The notes beneath the pieces are model-generated. The model was not told where the DNA came from. It was given only the letters and a program-made list of their open reading frames with translations, and ran no database searches. From positions 2,806,587-2,870,586 of the forward strand of contig OZ257137.1 of assembly GCA_965279115.1 (NCBI GenBank): DNA of 64,000 nucleotides, in the 5' to 3' direction. Positions 40,437 to 48,691 of the stretch are shown piece by piece. Made by a program: the position numbers and the translations under genes. This DNA is from Burkholderiales bacterium (GTDB lineage: Bacteria > Pseudomonadota > Gammaproteobacteria > Burkholderiales > JAEUOS01). Each line of letters starts with the position of its first letter. Within the stretch, counting starts at the first letter, position 1.

Positions 40437-41210
40437 CTATTCCCAGAGCACGTTCGGCAGCGGCAGGCCCGCCAGGTCTGCCGCGCTCAGGCGGCCATCC
40501 GGTTCGATTCCAAAGCGCTCGAGCACCGCCACCAGCTGGCGGGCATGCTGCGCGCAATGCCAGGTTGATCGTTCGAACAGCATGTGAATCGGATGCACGC
40601 CGAAAAACGTGTTCAGCGGCTGCTGGCAAGTGCGGTCGGCAAGTTCGTCCCACCAGCGTTCCAACCTGGCCATCACGTCATTGCCATAGGCGGCGATCTG
40701 TTCGCGGGTGAAGATGGTGCCGTCCGCGGTCTCGGCATTGGCCTTCTCGGCGGTGTATTCGGCGCCATCGGCCGCGCTTTCGAGAAACGCCTCGGCGATG
40801 CGAAACACATGGTGGCCGATCATGCGGATGGTGCGGTCGCGGTTGTCGATCACGCGCTCATCCAGACGTTCCGCCGGCATCTGGCGGATATAGCGATGCA
40901 CGGCGCGCAGCACAAGCAGCCACCGGGTGATCAGCTCATCGGGCGGCAGGCGGGCATGGCCGGTGCCTTGCAGGCCGACGAACTTCGCGACATCCTCGAG
41001 GTTTTGCGCGAAGACGAACTTGCTGCCATGCGCAACCACCGGGACGCTGCGCGCACCGAGCGCGAACAGCTTCTCCCTTCCGCCAGCGTCGTTCAGGACG
41101 TCAATGGCGACGAAGTCGATGCTCTTTTGCGAAAGAAACTCTTTCGTCCGGAGGCAGCTGCTTCACCCGGGCTGGGTGTAGAGGATGTACTTTTCGGCAA
41201 CGGCGGCCAT
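40437..41210 (-). CDS. glutaredoxin-like / DinB-like fusion protein with an in-frame TGA at the first position of a CxxC-type motif (candidate selenoprotein, or else a nonsense pseudogene)
   Basis: Hand translation from ATG 41210 gives MAAVAEKYILYTQPG-TGA-SSCLRTKEFLSQKSIDFVAIDVLNDAGGREKLFALGARSVPV. This runs in frame into the ORF-track 200-aa DinB-like ORF that starts at 41039. The TGA lies at 41165-41163. Confidence 0.55.
41130..41146 (-). promoter_or_regulatory. SECIS-like hairpin 16 nt downstream of the in-frame UGA
   Basis: On the mRNA strand, CGAAAGA-GUU-UCUUUCG forms a perfect 7-bp stem with a G-first apical loop. The loop begins 23 nt after the UGA. Confidence 0.4.
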
Positions 41211-41312
41211 GGCGAAATCCGTGTGAGGGGAGTCGGCAGGCTACGTTGTTGATCGATAGGCGTCAAGCATGCGCGAACAGGCGGCCAACGGGCGGGTAGT
41301 ATCGCGCAAACG

Positions 41313-41337
41313 AAAAAGGCCCAGCCGAAGCTGAGCC
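41313..41337 (-). terminator. rho-independent terminator at the left island junction
   Basis: Minus-strand RNA GGCUCAGC-UUCG-GCUGGGCC followed by UUUUU. Its position fits the original terminator of tRNA-Phe, displaced by the insertion. Confidence 0.6.
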
Positions 41338-41347
41338 TTTGAATGTT

Positions 41348-41367
41348 TGGTCTGGGGCTCTCTCGAA
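41348..41367 (-). repeat. degenerate copy of the tRNA-Phe 3' end (putative att remnant)
   Basis: The minus-strand TTCGAGAGAGCCCCAGACCA compares with the tRNA TTCGATTCCGCCCCAGGCCA. The GCCCCAG(A/G)CCA core has one mismatch, and 16 of 25 positions match over the wider alignment. Confidence 0.35.
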
Positions 41368-41420
41368 TGATGTCCGAAGACCGTTGCGGCCCAACAGACC
41401 TAGAAAAGCGAAAAAGCCGG

Positions 41421-41441
41421 TTACCCCCAGTATTACCCCCG
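41421..41441 (+). repeat. paired TTACCCCC motifs, 12-bp spacing (left island end)
   Basis: TTACCCCCagtaTTACCCCC. The same paired arrangement occurs at 62119-62139. Confidence 0.6.
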
Positions 41442-41446
41442 CCGCC

Positions 41447-41626
41447 CTAGTTGTTGCTCAAACTGAGTCCGAGAAATCTCGCAAGCTCCTCGACGTTCAC
41501 CTTGGTTTCGGCCATAGACAGATTTAGCATCTTCACAATCTCCTCGTTTCCCCGTTCCTTCTGGTCATCGGTGAGCGTTGCGGTTTCAGCTTCAAGTAAA
41601 CCTTCAGCAGTTCGAATGAGAGCCAT
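41447..41626 (-). CDS. 59-aa hypothetical protein (possible HTH) at the island's left edge
   Basis: Below the ORF-track cutoff and translated by hand: MALIRTAEGLLEAETATLTDDQKERGNEEIVKMLNLSMAETKVNVEELARFLGLSLSNN. The segment VNVEELARFLGLS resembles an HTH turn. Confidence 0.3.
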   Translation of the reverse strand: MALIRTAEGLLEAETATLTDDQKERGNEEIVKMLNLSMAETKVNVEELARFLGLSLSNN

Positions 41627-41705
41627 TTTCGTGATCCTTTCGAGTCAACAATTTGCGGGCAATCACTCGCATTTTCAAGCGAGAACTCGCAATTCCAAGC
41701 CAGAC

Positions 41706-44363
41706 TCACCGTAGGGCAGCGCACCGCTCAATCTCGGCTTTTACCCCAACCATATATTTGACAGCAGTTTGCCACAAGAACGAAAGAAGAGTGTCTTGCG
41801 CCGATTGGTCGGATGGCGCCGCGCCGCTCACCGGCTTTTCGGGGATCAAGCTCAAAAGCTTGCTGTCTTTGGCCGTGGACGCGATAGTGAGAACGCCGAT
41901 CGTTTCCTCGGGCGAAATTTCTTCTCCGGGCTCAATGTCTCGCAGCGGCAACGGGATGGCGATCAAAACAGCGAATCTTTCGTCTACTGCCGGTTTTCTA
42001 TCTCCATAGTAAACATAGCCGCCGTCATGCTCTGGCCCCCACAACTCCCTCAGGGCGAACATCTGCAACTTGCGCTTCTTGAATGCTGTCCCGGCAACGC
42101 CTTCGCCCAATGGAATACTTTCCACTCGCCCTGAAAGGGATGCGTTGTCGCCAGCCTCCAACACGAGTTCCAGCCTATTCGTACGTTGATCGTACGTGAA
42201 CACTGCCACCGCTATTTTCTCGTCTTGAGAATATTGCGATTTGATCTTGGGTTTCAGCAACAGCTTGTAGATATCATCGAGCTTGCCCTTGGCGAGTTCA
42301 CGTAGTTTCTCGATCTCGGAAGACGGACTCTTGTCCCTGAATTGCAAAAGCGACTTACGCAGTTCGAGCGTCGCGCCTTTGTCTCTGATCGTGACTTCGT
42401 CGGCCGCCGTATTGACACGCCATCGGATCAAATATGCATAGCCAACAAGCGGCTCGGTGATTTCCAGCGCCCATCCATTGAACTCGGTGTGGGGATCTCG
42501 TTTCGTTCCCTGTTTCCGCCCAAGAGGACTCAGCCGGGATGACTCAAAATGGCCAATGTCCTCGTCGACCGTGTACCCACTGGCGCCAATTACAACCTCG
42601 CCGGCTGCGTCATCCACTTCCAGGTTCGGATAGCCATTTGACCGCTCGCAGAGAACGTGCGCCTCCGGCTGATGAAACGTTGTCGGAAGCCAAACCTTTA
42701 ATACGAGGCGCTTTGCCGGATGTCGGACTGCAACGCCCATATAGTCGAAGCCATTCAAGTTTGGATCCGCCTCCGTTTCCCACCTCGAGGTGGCAAATGT
42801 ATTGATAGTGCGAAATACGGCACCGTAATGATTGACCACCCTGCCGCTCAGATCACGGCCAAAATTGACATCGAGCTTCAGTTCCTTCGTAGGTTCATCA
42901 CTTTCAGGGGGGGCGATATAGTGCCCCGCAATGCTTGAGATGTCGTCGACTGCGGCGCCGGAAGGATTGATGGCACCGAGCTGAACAGACAATCTAAGTG
43001 ACCCTTTCCCCGACGAATTTCCCCCTAAGACTCTGTAGCCATCTACCCAGAGGTGAAAGTCCGCTGCCCCTGATTCGTAAACGTGCACCTCCCGGCCAAT
43101 GCAATCGCAGAAAGAATTCAGCAGTGCTACAGCTTTCTCGTAACTCCGATGCTTTACGGATTCAATAGGCAGGATTTCACGAATCTCCGAGGCCATCGTA
43201 CTCAATGCAGTTTGCCCCCGGCCATAACTGACGACCTGATGATTCATGAGACCGCTCGGGTGAATATCCACCAAGTTGAATGCATTGCGTCCGGCCTCGT
43301 CATGGCGAACCGTCGGGGAGCCGGCTGCGATTACTGCGAGTTCGCCGGCCGGACGGCTGGGTACCGAGTAGGAGAGCCTGCTGAAAGCCGAATAGTGCTT
43401 GTGCCCGTGAAGCACTAAGTCAAAGTGGTGCTTGCCCAGTTCATGCAGCAGTGTTCCGGCGTTCCGCAATACAAGGAAAGCTTCAATCGATGTCAGAGAT
43501 TCCTTCGTGGTGGAATGAGGTATCGGAAGGGGGTGGTGGTGAACCAGCGCGATTCTTGGGGCTAGACAAATCGTTACCCTGGTGTTGCGCAAACTCATCA
43601 GAGCCATGTCTAGCTTGTGGATATCGTTCTCGTCGACTTTGCCGGTGGCTAGGACCAAGCGGCAGTTTGAATTGAATGCGGCAAATAGAACAGCGTCGCC
43701 GCCTTCCTTTACTCCTCGCGGTCCTTGCGCATCGCTACTCTTCCGAACCTGAATTGGCAATATTTGTATGACATCAAGGGGTGTCTCTTGCTGCGGGCCG
43801 GCATTCAAGAGCCCAATCAGACGCATAGCGAAAAACTGGGCACACCAGCGCCAATAGGAAAGCCATCTCGACTTACTGCGCGAATGATATTCAGTAAACG
43901 TGGGGAGTTGGTCGAAAACACCCGCGTGCTTTTGCCTAAATACGACCCTTACGTAGCGGCTCCAAGGCCAAAACACAAGGTTTCCCATCACTGCGACGTC
44001 GTGGTTTCCGGGCACGTAGTAGATTTTGCAGTTCAGCCGATTGGCCAAGGCTTGGAGTTCGCGGCGAGCAAGGCCCAGTTCGAATAGCCATGGCGAATCC
44101 ACGATATCCCCCGTCACGACAACCGCGTCCGGACGATGCCTTTCGGTCAGCATGGCACTGACGTATCTCCAAAGCTCCGGATCGAATTGCGAGCCAAAAT
44201 GAATATCGGAAAGGTGCGCGATCCGATAGAAACCATTGCGATTTCTGCGCTGCGATGTATCGCCGTCAGCCCTTTCTGACGAACTCTCCGCAGTGCCGCT
44301 TTCGCCTCTTGGGTCGGGGCTATTGGCTTCCGAACCCACTCCATTCTGATGTTCCGTCGGCAT
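41706..44363 (-). CDS. large metallophosphoesterase (class III PDE-like motifs) with an unknown middle region and a C-terminal GAF-like domain
   Basis: All calcineurin-like motifs are present in order: LSDIHFG, TGDIVD, PGNHDV, LVHHHP, LHGHKH. The C-terminus carries a GAF-like block (IPLGEGVAGTAFKKRKLQMF...VLIAIPL...IGVLTIAS). Start taken at ATG 44363; the ORF track extends to 44492. Confidence 0.8.
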   Translation of the reverse strand: MPTEHQNGVGSEANSPDPRGESGTAESSSERADGDTSQRRNRNGFYRIAHLSDIHFGSQFDPELWRYVSAMLTERHRPDAVVVTGDIVDSPWLFELGLARRELQALANRLNCKIYYVPGNHDVAVMGNLVFWPWSRYVRVVFRQKHAGVFDQLPTFTEYHSRSKSRWLSYWRWCAQFFAMRLIGLLNAGPQQETPLDVIQILPIQVRKSSDAQGPRGVKEGGDAVLFAAFNSNCRLVLATGKVDENDIHKLDMALMSLRNTRVTICLAPRIALVHHHPLPIPHSTTKESLTSIEAFLVLRNAGTLLHELGKHHFDLVLHGHKHYSAFSRLSYSVPSRPAGELAVIAAGSPTVRHDEAGRNAFNLVDIHPSGLMNHQVVSYGRGQTALSTMASEIREILPIESVKHRSYEKAVALLNSFCDCIGREVHVYESGAADFHLWVDGYRVLGGNSSGKGSLRLSVQLGAINPSGAAVDDISSIAGHYIAPPESDEPTKELKLDVNFGRDLSGRVVNHYGAVFRTINTFATSRWETEADPNLNGFDYMGVAVRHPAKRLVLKVWLPTTFHQPEAHVLCERSNGYPNLEVDDAAGEVVIGASGYTVDEDIGHFESSRLSPLGRKQGTKRDPHTEFNGWALEITEPLVGYAYLIRWRVNTAADEVTIRDKGATLELRKSLLQFRDKSPSSEIEKLRELAKGKLDDIYKLLLKPKIKSQYSQDEKIAVAVFTYDQRTNRLELVLEAGDNASLSGRVESIPLGEGVAGTAFKKRKLQMFALRELWGPEHDGGYVYYGDRKPAVDERFAVLIAIPLPLRDIEPGEEISPEETIGVLTIASTAKDSKLLSLIPEKPVSGAAPSDQSAQDTLLSFLWQTAVKYMVGVKAEIERCAALR

Positions 44364-44881
44364 TCTTTTCTCGACTGTCTGCAGCGAGCCGTGGGAGCGA
44401 AAGCTCAACGCTTCATCGAACTCGATCGCATTGTTGAATTTCAACAAATGATGCGGGAGCGGCCGGAAAAACACAATCCGTAGAGGTGTCAAATTCCAAT
44501 GGAATGCGTGAATACAACGTGCGCTGCCGAAAAGTGAAGCCTACTGGGCCGACGATTCATGCTCAGTCGATCTATTGCCACCAGCGAACGTGCGACTCTC
44601 AACATACGGCGCGTCGCACCGGTCAATTTGGAAGCGCTGCCCGTGCCAATCGTCACCGATCGCCCTGGCCTCCTAGAAATGGAATTGAAATTCCTTCTAG
44701 AGGGTGCTTCAGACTCTGCTACCCGCAATCAGGTGTGCTCATTGCCTACAGGAAGCACCGTCTGGTAACTGCCAACCACATGAATCCGAGGCCTTTTCCG
44801 ATTGATAATCGCCATTTAATTATTTTATTTCGTCACTTTATGTTTATAATTCGTCAATTAATAGACATCGGTTTTTTGGCC

Positions 44882-46066
44882 ATGCAAGACATAGTCATAC
44901 AATCTAGTGACGAAACGCATATTTTGGAGGAAGATTTCGTCAATTTGTCACGTTTGGCTGCGAGCGAAGCGTTTGATGATGTCCGCATGCTGCTGGCGAA
45001 GCTTGTCCGCAAGTACAGGATCACCCGGCCGGAGTTTGCTCAACGACTTAACACTAGTCTTCGGGCTGCAAATGCGCGCTCGGGAGGTTCGGGATTATTG
45101 CGTCGCCATACGCCCGAGATGTCAAAAAGTTCCGATATGCCTGTCGACGCTGACTCACGAATGTCACTCATCCGCGTATTCGACGATCGAGCTGGACTGC
45201 AGCCCCCGCTCCTGCCCGAGGGTTTGTTCGACCAGATCCACGACATCGCACGAGAACGCAAGCAGCGAGCGCGCCTCGCAAAGCGTGGCGTCACACCGAG
45301 TCGGTCCGCCATTCTCGTCGGGCCGCCTGGGGTCGGCAAGACATTGTCTGCACGCTGGATCGCGCATCTAATCGGCAAGCCACTGTGGATACTGGATTTG
45401 ACGACGGTCATGAGCAGTCTTCTTGGCAAGACAGGCAATAACCTGCGAGCAGTGTTCGACCATGCGCGTCAGAATGAGGCAGTGCTGCTTTTGGATGAAA
45501 TCGACGCGATCGCAAAGCGTCGCAGCGACGAATCCGACGTCGGTGAGTTGAAGCGGTTGGTTACGGCAATCTTGCAGGAGGTGGATGCTTGGCCCGATTC
45601 GGGATTGCTACTGGCAGCAACTAATCATCCGGAACTGGTAGACCCGGCGCTGTGGCGTCGATTCGATGTAATTTTGTCCTTTCCCGCAACGGATGCCAGT
45701 TTGCTCGAGCAGGCCGTCGAACGTTTTCTGGGTCTGGATCTAAGTACGTTTCAGGCACACGTTCAATTGCTGGCCCTTTCGCTTCAGGGCATGTCTTTGT
45801 CGGACGTCGAACGCGCCGTTACGGCTCTCCGGCGAACGGTGGCCTTGAAGCGAAGTGACCCTACCACCGCTGTACTAGCTATGGCCAAGCAACATGTCAG
45901 TCACCTCGACAAACCTGCAAAGAGGAGATTGGCAATAGCAATGGCGGGCTCTGAAACATTTCCACACACGAAGATCATGGAGCTCACTGGCGTCTCGCGA
46001 GACACGATCCGCAAGTACGCCGGCCCCTCTCCAATAAAGGGACGTCCAGAAAAGAAGGAAGCCTAA
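44882..46066 (+). CDS. ietA: AAA+ ATPase, IetA-like
   Basis: Walker A GPPGVGKT, Walker B LLLDEID, sensor-1 AATN, and an RRFD arginine. The gene lies directly upstream of an S8 protease gene (1-nt gap). Start at ATG 44882 after an AT-rich promoter region. Confidence 0.75.
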   Translation: MQDIVIQSSDETHILEEDFVNLSRLAASEAFDDVRMLLAKLVRKYRITRPEFAQRLNTSLRAANARSGGSGLLRRHTPEMSKSSDMPVDADSRMSLIRVFDDRAGLQPPLLPEGLFDQIHDIARERKQRARLAKRGVTPSRSAILVGPPGVGKTLSARWIAHLIGKPLWILDLTTVMSSLLGKTGNNLRAVFDHARQNEAVLLLDEIDAIAKRRSDESDVGELKRLVTAILQEVDAWPDSGLLLAATNHPELVDPALWRRFDVILSFPATDASLLEQAVERFLGLDLSTFQAHVQLLALSLQGMSLSDVERAVTALRRTVALKRSDPTTAVLAMAKQHVSHLDKPAKRRLAIAMAGSETFPHTKIMELTGVSRDTIRKYAGPSPIKGRPEKKEA

Positions 46067-46067
46067 C

Positions 46068-48284
46068 ATGGCCAATCGATTTATTATCGGTCGTGGGGAG
46101 CTTCTGACCTACGACATCCTCCCACCGTCAATCAAGCCGACGAAATCACATCCATATACGCTTGACCAGGCCAAGGAGGCGGTTATTCCGCAAATTAGGA
46201 AAGCTGCGGTGGTGATGAAGGAATTACCGCAAGAGGCCTGCCCCCAGGACGTAAGCGTTGCGCAGCTGGACCTGCACCCGGCCTACATCTCAAAATCTTA
46301 CTTTCCCCAGGCACTGCTGCGACAGGCCGGCTTAACATCGATCGGTAGCCGAAATGTCGTAGTTCGGCCACGCAAACGTCACTCGAAAGCGGCGCCGGAA
46401 GAATCTGAGACGACCAGGCTATTTATTGCCGGCACGCGGAGTGCGTTTGCCAAACTGCCTGATTTCGCCATCGCATTGCAACCTGAAACCAAGGAGGCGG
46501 AGAATTTCGCAGAGATCGAATCCTTTTCCGCGATGACAGTAACCGATCGCGTGCGCCCTTCTCCTTCCGGCCAGGAAATATTTGAAATCGGCGTTCATCT
46601 ACTCCCGGATGAGCAACTGGAAGCGACGCGCAGCGCATTTCGAAGGTATGCCAAGTCATGCGACTTCGAAATTCACCCCGAGCTGGAATTCCCTGTCGGG
46701 CGCATGATCTTTTTCGCGGCCCGCGGCGAGAAAAGAAATCTGAACCGACTCGCAATGTTCAGCCTCGTGCGCGTGGTACGTCCAATGGCAAAAATGCGTG
46801 GTTCACGCCCGATTCCCCGCGGAACAGGGACGCTGGTCGACTTCATGCTTCCAGCAAGTCAGCCATTAGCCGACGAGCCGCGCGTGGCGATCTTGGACGG
46901 CGGCTTACCTGCAAAACATCCGCTGACCCGTTTCGTGAAGAAGTACGAGAAGTCAGATCCACGGGCGGCGGACGTTCCTGCATATCTCGACCATGGGCTT
47001 GCGGTCACGTCCGCCTTTCTTTTTGGGCCGATTGAGCCGGAAGAAGAGGCGGTTCGTCCCTACACGCCGGTCGACGTTTTTCGTGTCCTCGATTCCAAGT
47101 CGGACAAAGAAGATCGGTACGAACTGTTCCGCACCATGGGCCACGTGGAAGAGATTCTCTTGACCCGGCAATATCAGTTCCTCAATATAAGCCTCGGACC
47201 CGAAGCGATCGTGGAGGACAACGATGTGCACGCGTGGACGTCTATGCTCGATACCATGTTGTCGGATGGAGAGACAATCGTCACCGTGGCGGTGGGTAAC
47301 AATGGCGCCGGAGACAAAGCACTACAGCAGGATCGTCTGCAAGTGCCTTCAGACAGTGTCAATGCTATCTCAGTGGGCGCCGCGAACCGCTCAAGGGCGT
47401 CGTGGCAACGGGCATCCTACAGCGCTCGCGGCCCCGGGCGCAGCCCTGGGCGCCGGAAACCCGATGTCGTGGTTTTCGGGGGAAGTCCGAAGGAATACTT
47501 TCATGTCGCCGCGCCCGGGACGCGGCCGCAACTTGTCGCGACATTCGGGACGAGCTTTGCTTCACCGTACCTTCTTCGATCCTGTGTTGGTGTACGGGCA
47601 GTTCTCGGCGATCAGGTCCATCCGTTGACCGCAAAGGCCTTGGTTGTTCATGCAGCAGAAAACGAAGACGGACTGCATCCCGACGATGTCGGCTGGGGCC
47701 GTGTTCCAAGTGATTTGAACGCGATCATTTCTTGCGGTGTCGGTGTCGCGCGCATCATTTATCAGGGAACTCTGCGTCCTGGAAAGTTACTGCGCGCGCC
47801 ACTTCCACTTCCCACCAAAGCCTTGGCAGGCAACATCGAAATCACGGCAACCTTCTGTTACGCGAGCCCGGTCGACGTCGCGGATGCCGCCACGTATACC
47901 AAGGCTGGCCTCACCATTCGGTTCCGTCCAAACTCGGATAGGAAGACCAAGGGTAAGAAGCCTGAGGCGGCAACAAATTCCTTTTTTTCCCAAGGGGAAT
48001 TTCGAACTGAAAAGCAGCTTCGCGCTGATCTTGGCAAATGGGAAACTGTCCTACACGCTAAAGCCACCAAGCGTGGCAGCAGCTTGAAGGAACCCTGCTT
48101 TGACATCCACTACAACGCACGGGACGGTGGAGGGCCGACCGGCTCCGGTGCGGAAATTATCCGTTACTCATTGGTCTTGACTGTTCACGCCCCTAGGCAT
48201 GTCGACATTTACGATGAGATATTGAGATCGCACGCAAAGCTACAGGCGCTTGCGCCTCGGGTAGCGTTGCCAATTCGAGCGTGA
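46068..48284 (+). CDS. ietS: subtilisin-like (S8) serine protease, IetS-like
   Basis: Catalytic blocks in the S8 order: AILDGG (Asp), DHGLAVTSA (His), VGNNG (Asn), GTSFASPY (Ser). Large N- and C-terminal extensions. Confidence 0.8.
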   Translation: MANRFIIGRGELLTYDILPPSIKPTKSHPYTLDQAKEAVIPQIRKAAVVMKELPQEACPQDVSVAQLDLHPAYISKSYFPQALLRQAGLTSIGSRNVVVRPRKRHSKAAPEESETTRLFIAGTRSAFAKLPDFAIALQPETKEAENFAEIESFSAMTVTDRVRPSPSGQEIFEIGVHLLPDEQLEATRSAFRRYAKSCDFEIHPELEFPVGRMIFFAARGEKRNLNRLAMFSLVRVVRPMAKMRGSRPIPRGTGTLVDFMLPASQPLADEPRVAILDGGLPAKHPLTRFVKKYEKSDPRAADVPAYLDHGLAVTSAFLFGPIEPEEEAVRPYTPVDVFRVLDSKSDKEDRYELFRTMGHVEEILLTRQYQFLNISLGPEAIVEDNDVHAWTSMLDTMLSDGETIVTVAVGNNGAGDKALQQDRLQVPSDSVNAISVGAANRSRASWQRASYSARGPGRSPGRRKPDVVVFGGSPKEYFHVAAPGTRPQLVATFGTSFASPYLLRSCVGVRAVLGDQVHPLTAKALVVHAAENEDGLHPDDVGWGRVPSDLNAIISCGVGVARIIYQGTLRPGKLLRAPLPLPTKALAGNIEITATFCYASPVDVADAATYTKAGLTIRFRPNSDRKTKGKKPEAATNSFFSQGEFRTEKQLRADLGKWETVLHAKATKRGSSLKEPCFDIHYNARDGGGPTGSGAEIIRYSLVLTVHAPRHVDIYDEILRSHAKLQALAPRVALPIRA

Positions 48285-48314
48285 ACAGGGTAAGTCAAAA
48301 GGAATGGGGATTCG

Positions 48315-48653
48315 ATGATCAAACCAGTGAAGCTTACCAATGGCCGTGCCTGGCGTAAGTCCGGCGACGCGCTGGCCCATTTCAAGGCGATGCTGGGGCG
48401 GTACAACGTTGGGCAGAAAATCACCGATCCAAACGATCACGCTGATCTTGTCGCTCTCGTCTCGGTTTATGACTCCGACTTAGCACCAGGCCACGGCACG
48501 AAAGCAGGCCTAGGCATCGAATATTTCTTCAAGGATCATTGCGGTGATGCGGGATACTCGACAGATTGCTTCCATATCCATAGAATCGACGACTCAACAG
48601 TTGACTTCAGCTACATCCACGCGGTGAGGAGCGCCGGCAAGCTGACGCCCTGA
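48315..48653 (+). CDS. small DUF3223-like protein downstream of ietS
   Basis: 112 aa. MIKPVKLTNGRAWRKSGDALAHFKAML...CFHIHRIDDSTVDFSYIHAV resembles the DUF3223 pattern from memory; not verified. Confidence 0.45.
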   Translation: MIKPVKLTNGRAWRKSGDALAHFKAMLGRYNVGQKITDPNDHADLVALVSVYDSDLAPGHGTKAGLGIEYFFKDHCGDAGYSTDCFHIHRIDDSTVDFSYIHAVRSAGKLTP

Positions 48654-48691
48654 ATAAAGGTCAGCCAACGACTACGGCCATTGATGTTTTA

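Noticed and set aside
41338-41400. An exact direct repeat of the tRNA-Phe 3' end, or a tRNA fragment, at the left island junction.
   Set aside because: Only a degenerate match is present (an 11-mer core with one mismatch; 16 of 25 positions overall). The segment does not fold as a T-arm, so it is reported only as a low-confidence att remnant.
44364-44881. Extended starts of the metallophosphoesterase gene (44492) and the IetA-like gene (44486), which would make the two divergent genes overlap.
   Set aside because: The extensions cross an AT-rich promoter-like region and add non-homologous residues. The internal ATGs at 44363 and 44882 give sensible N-termini.
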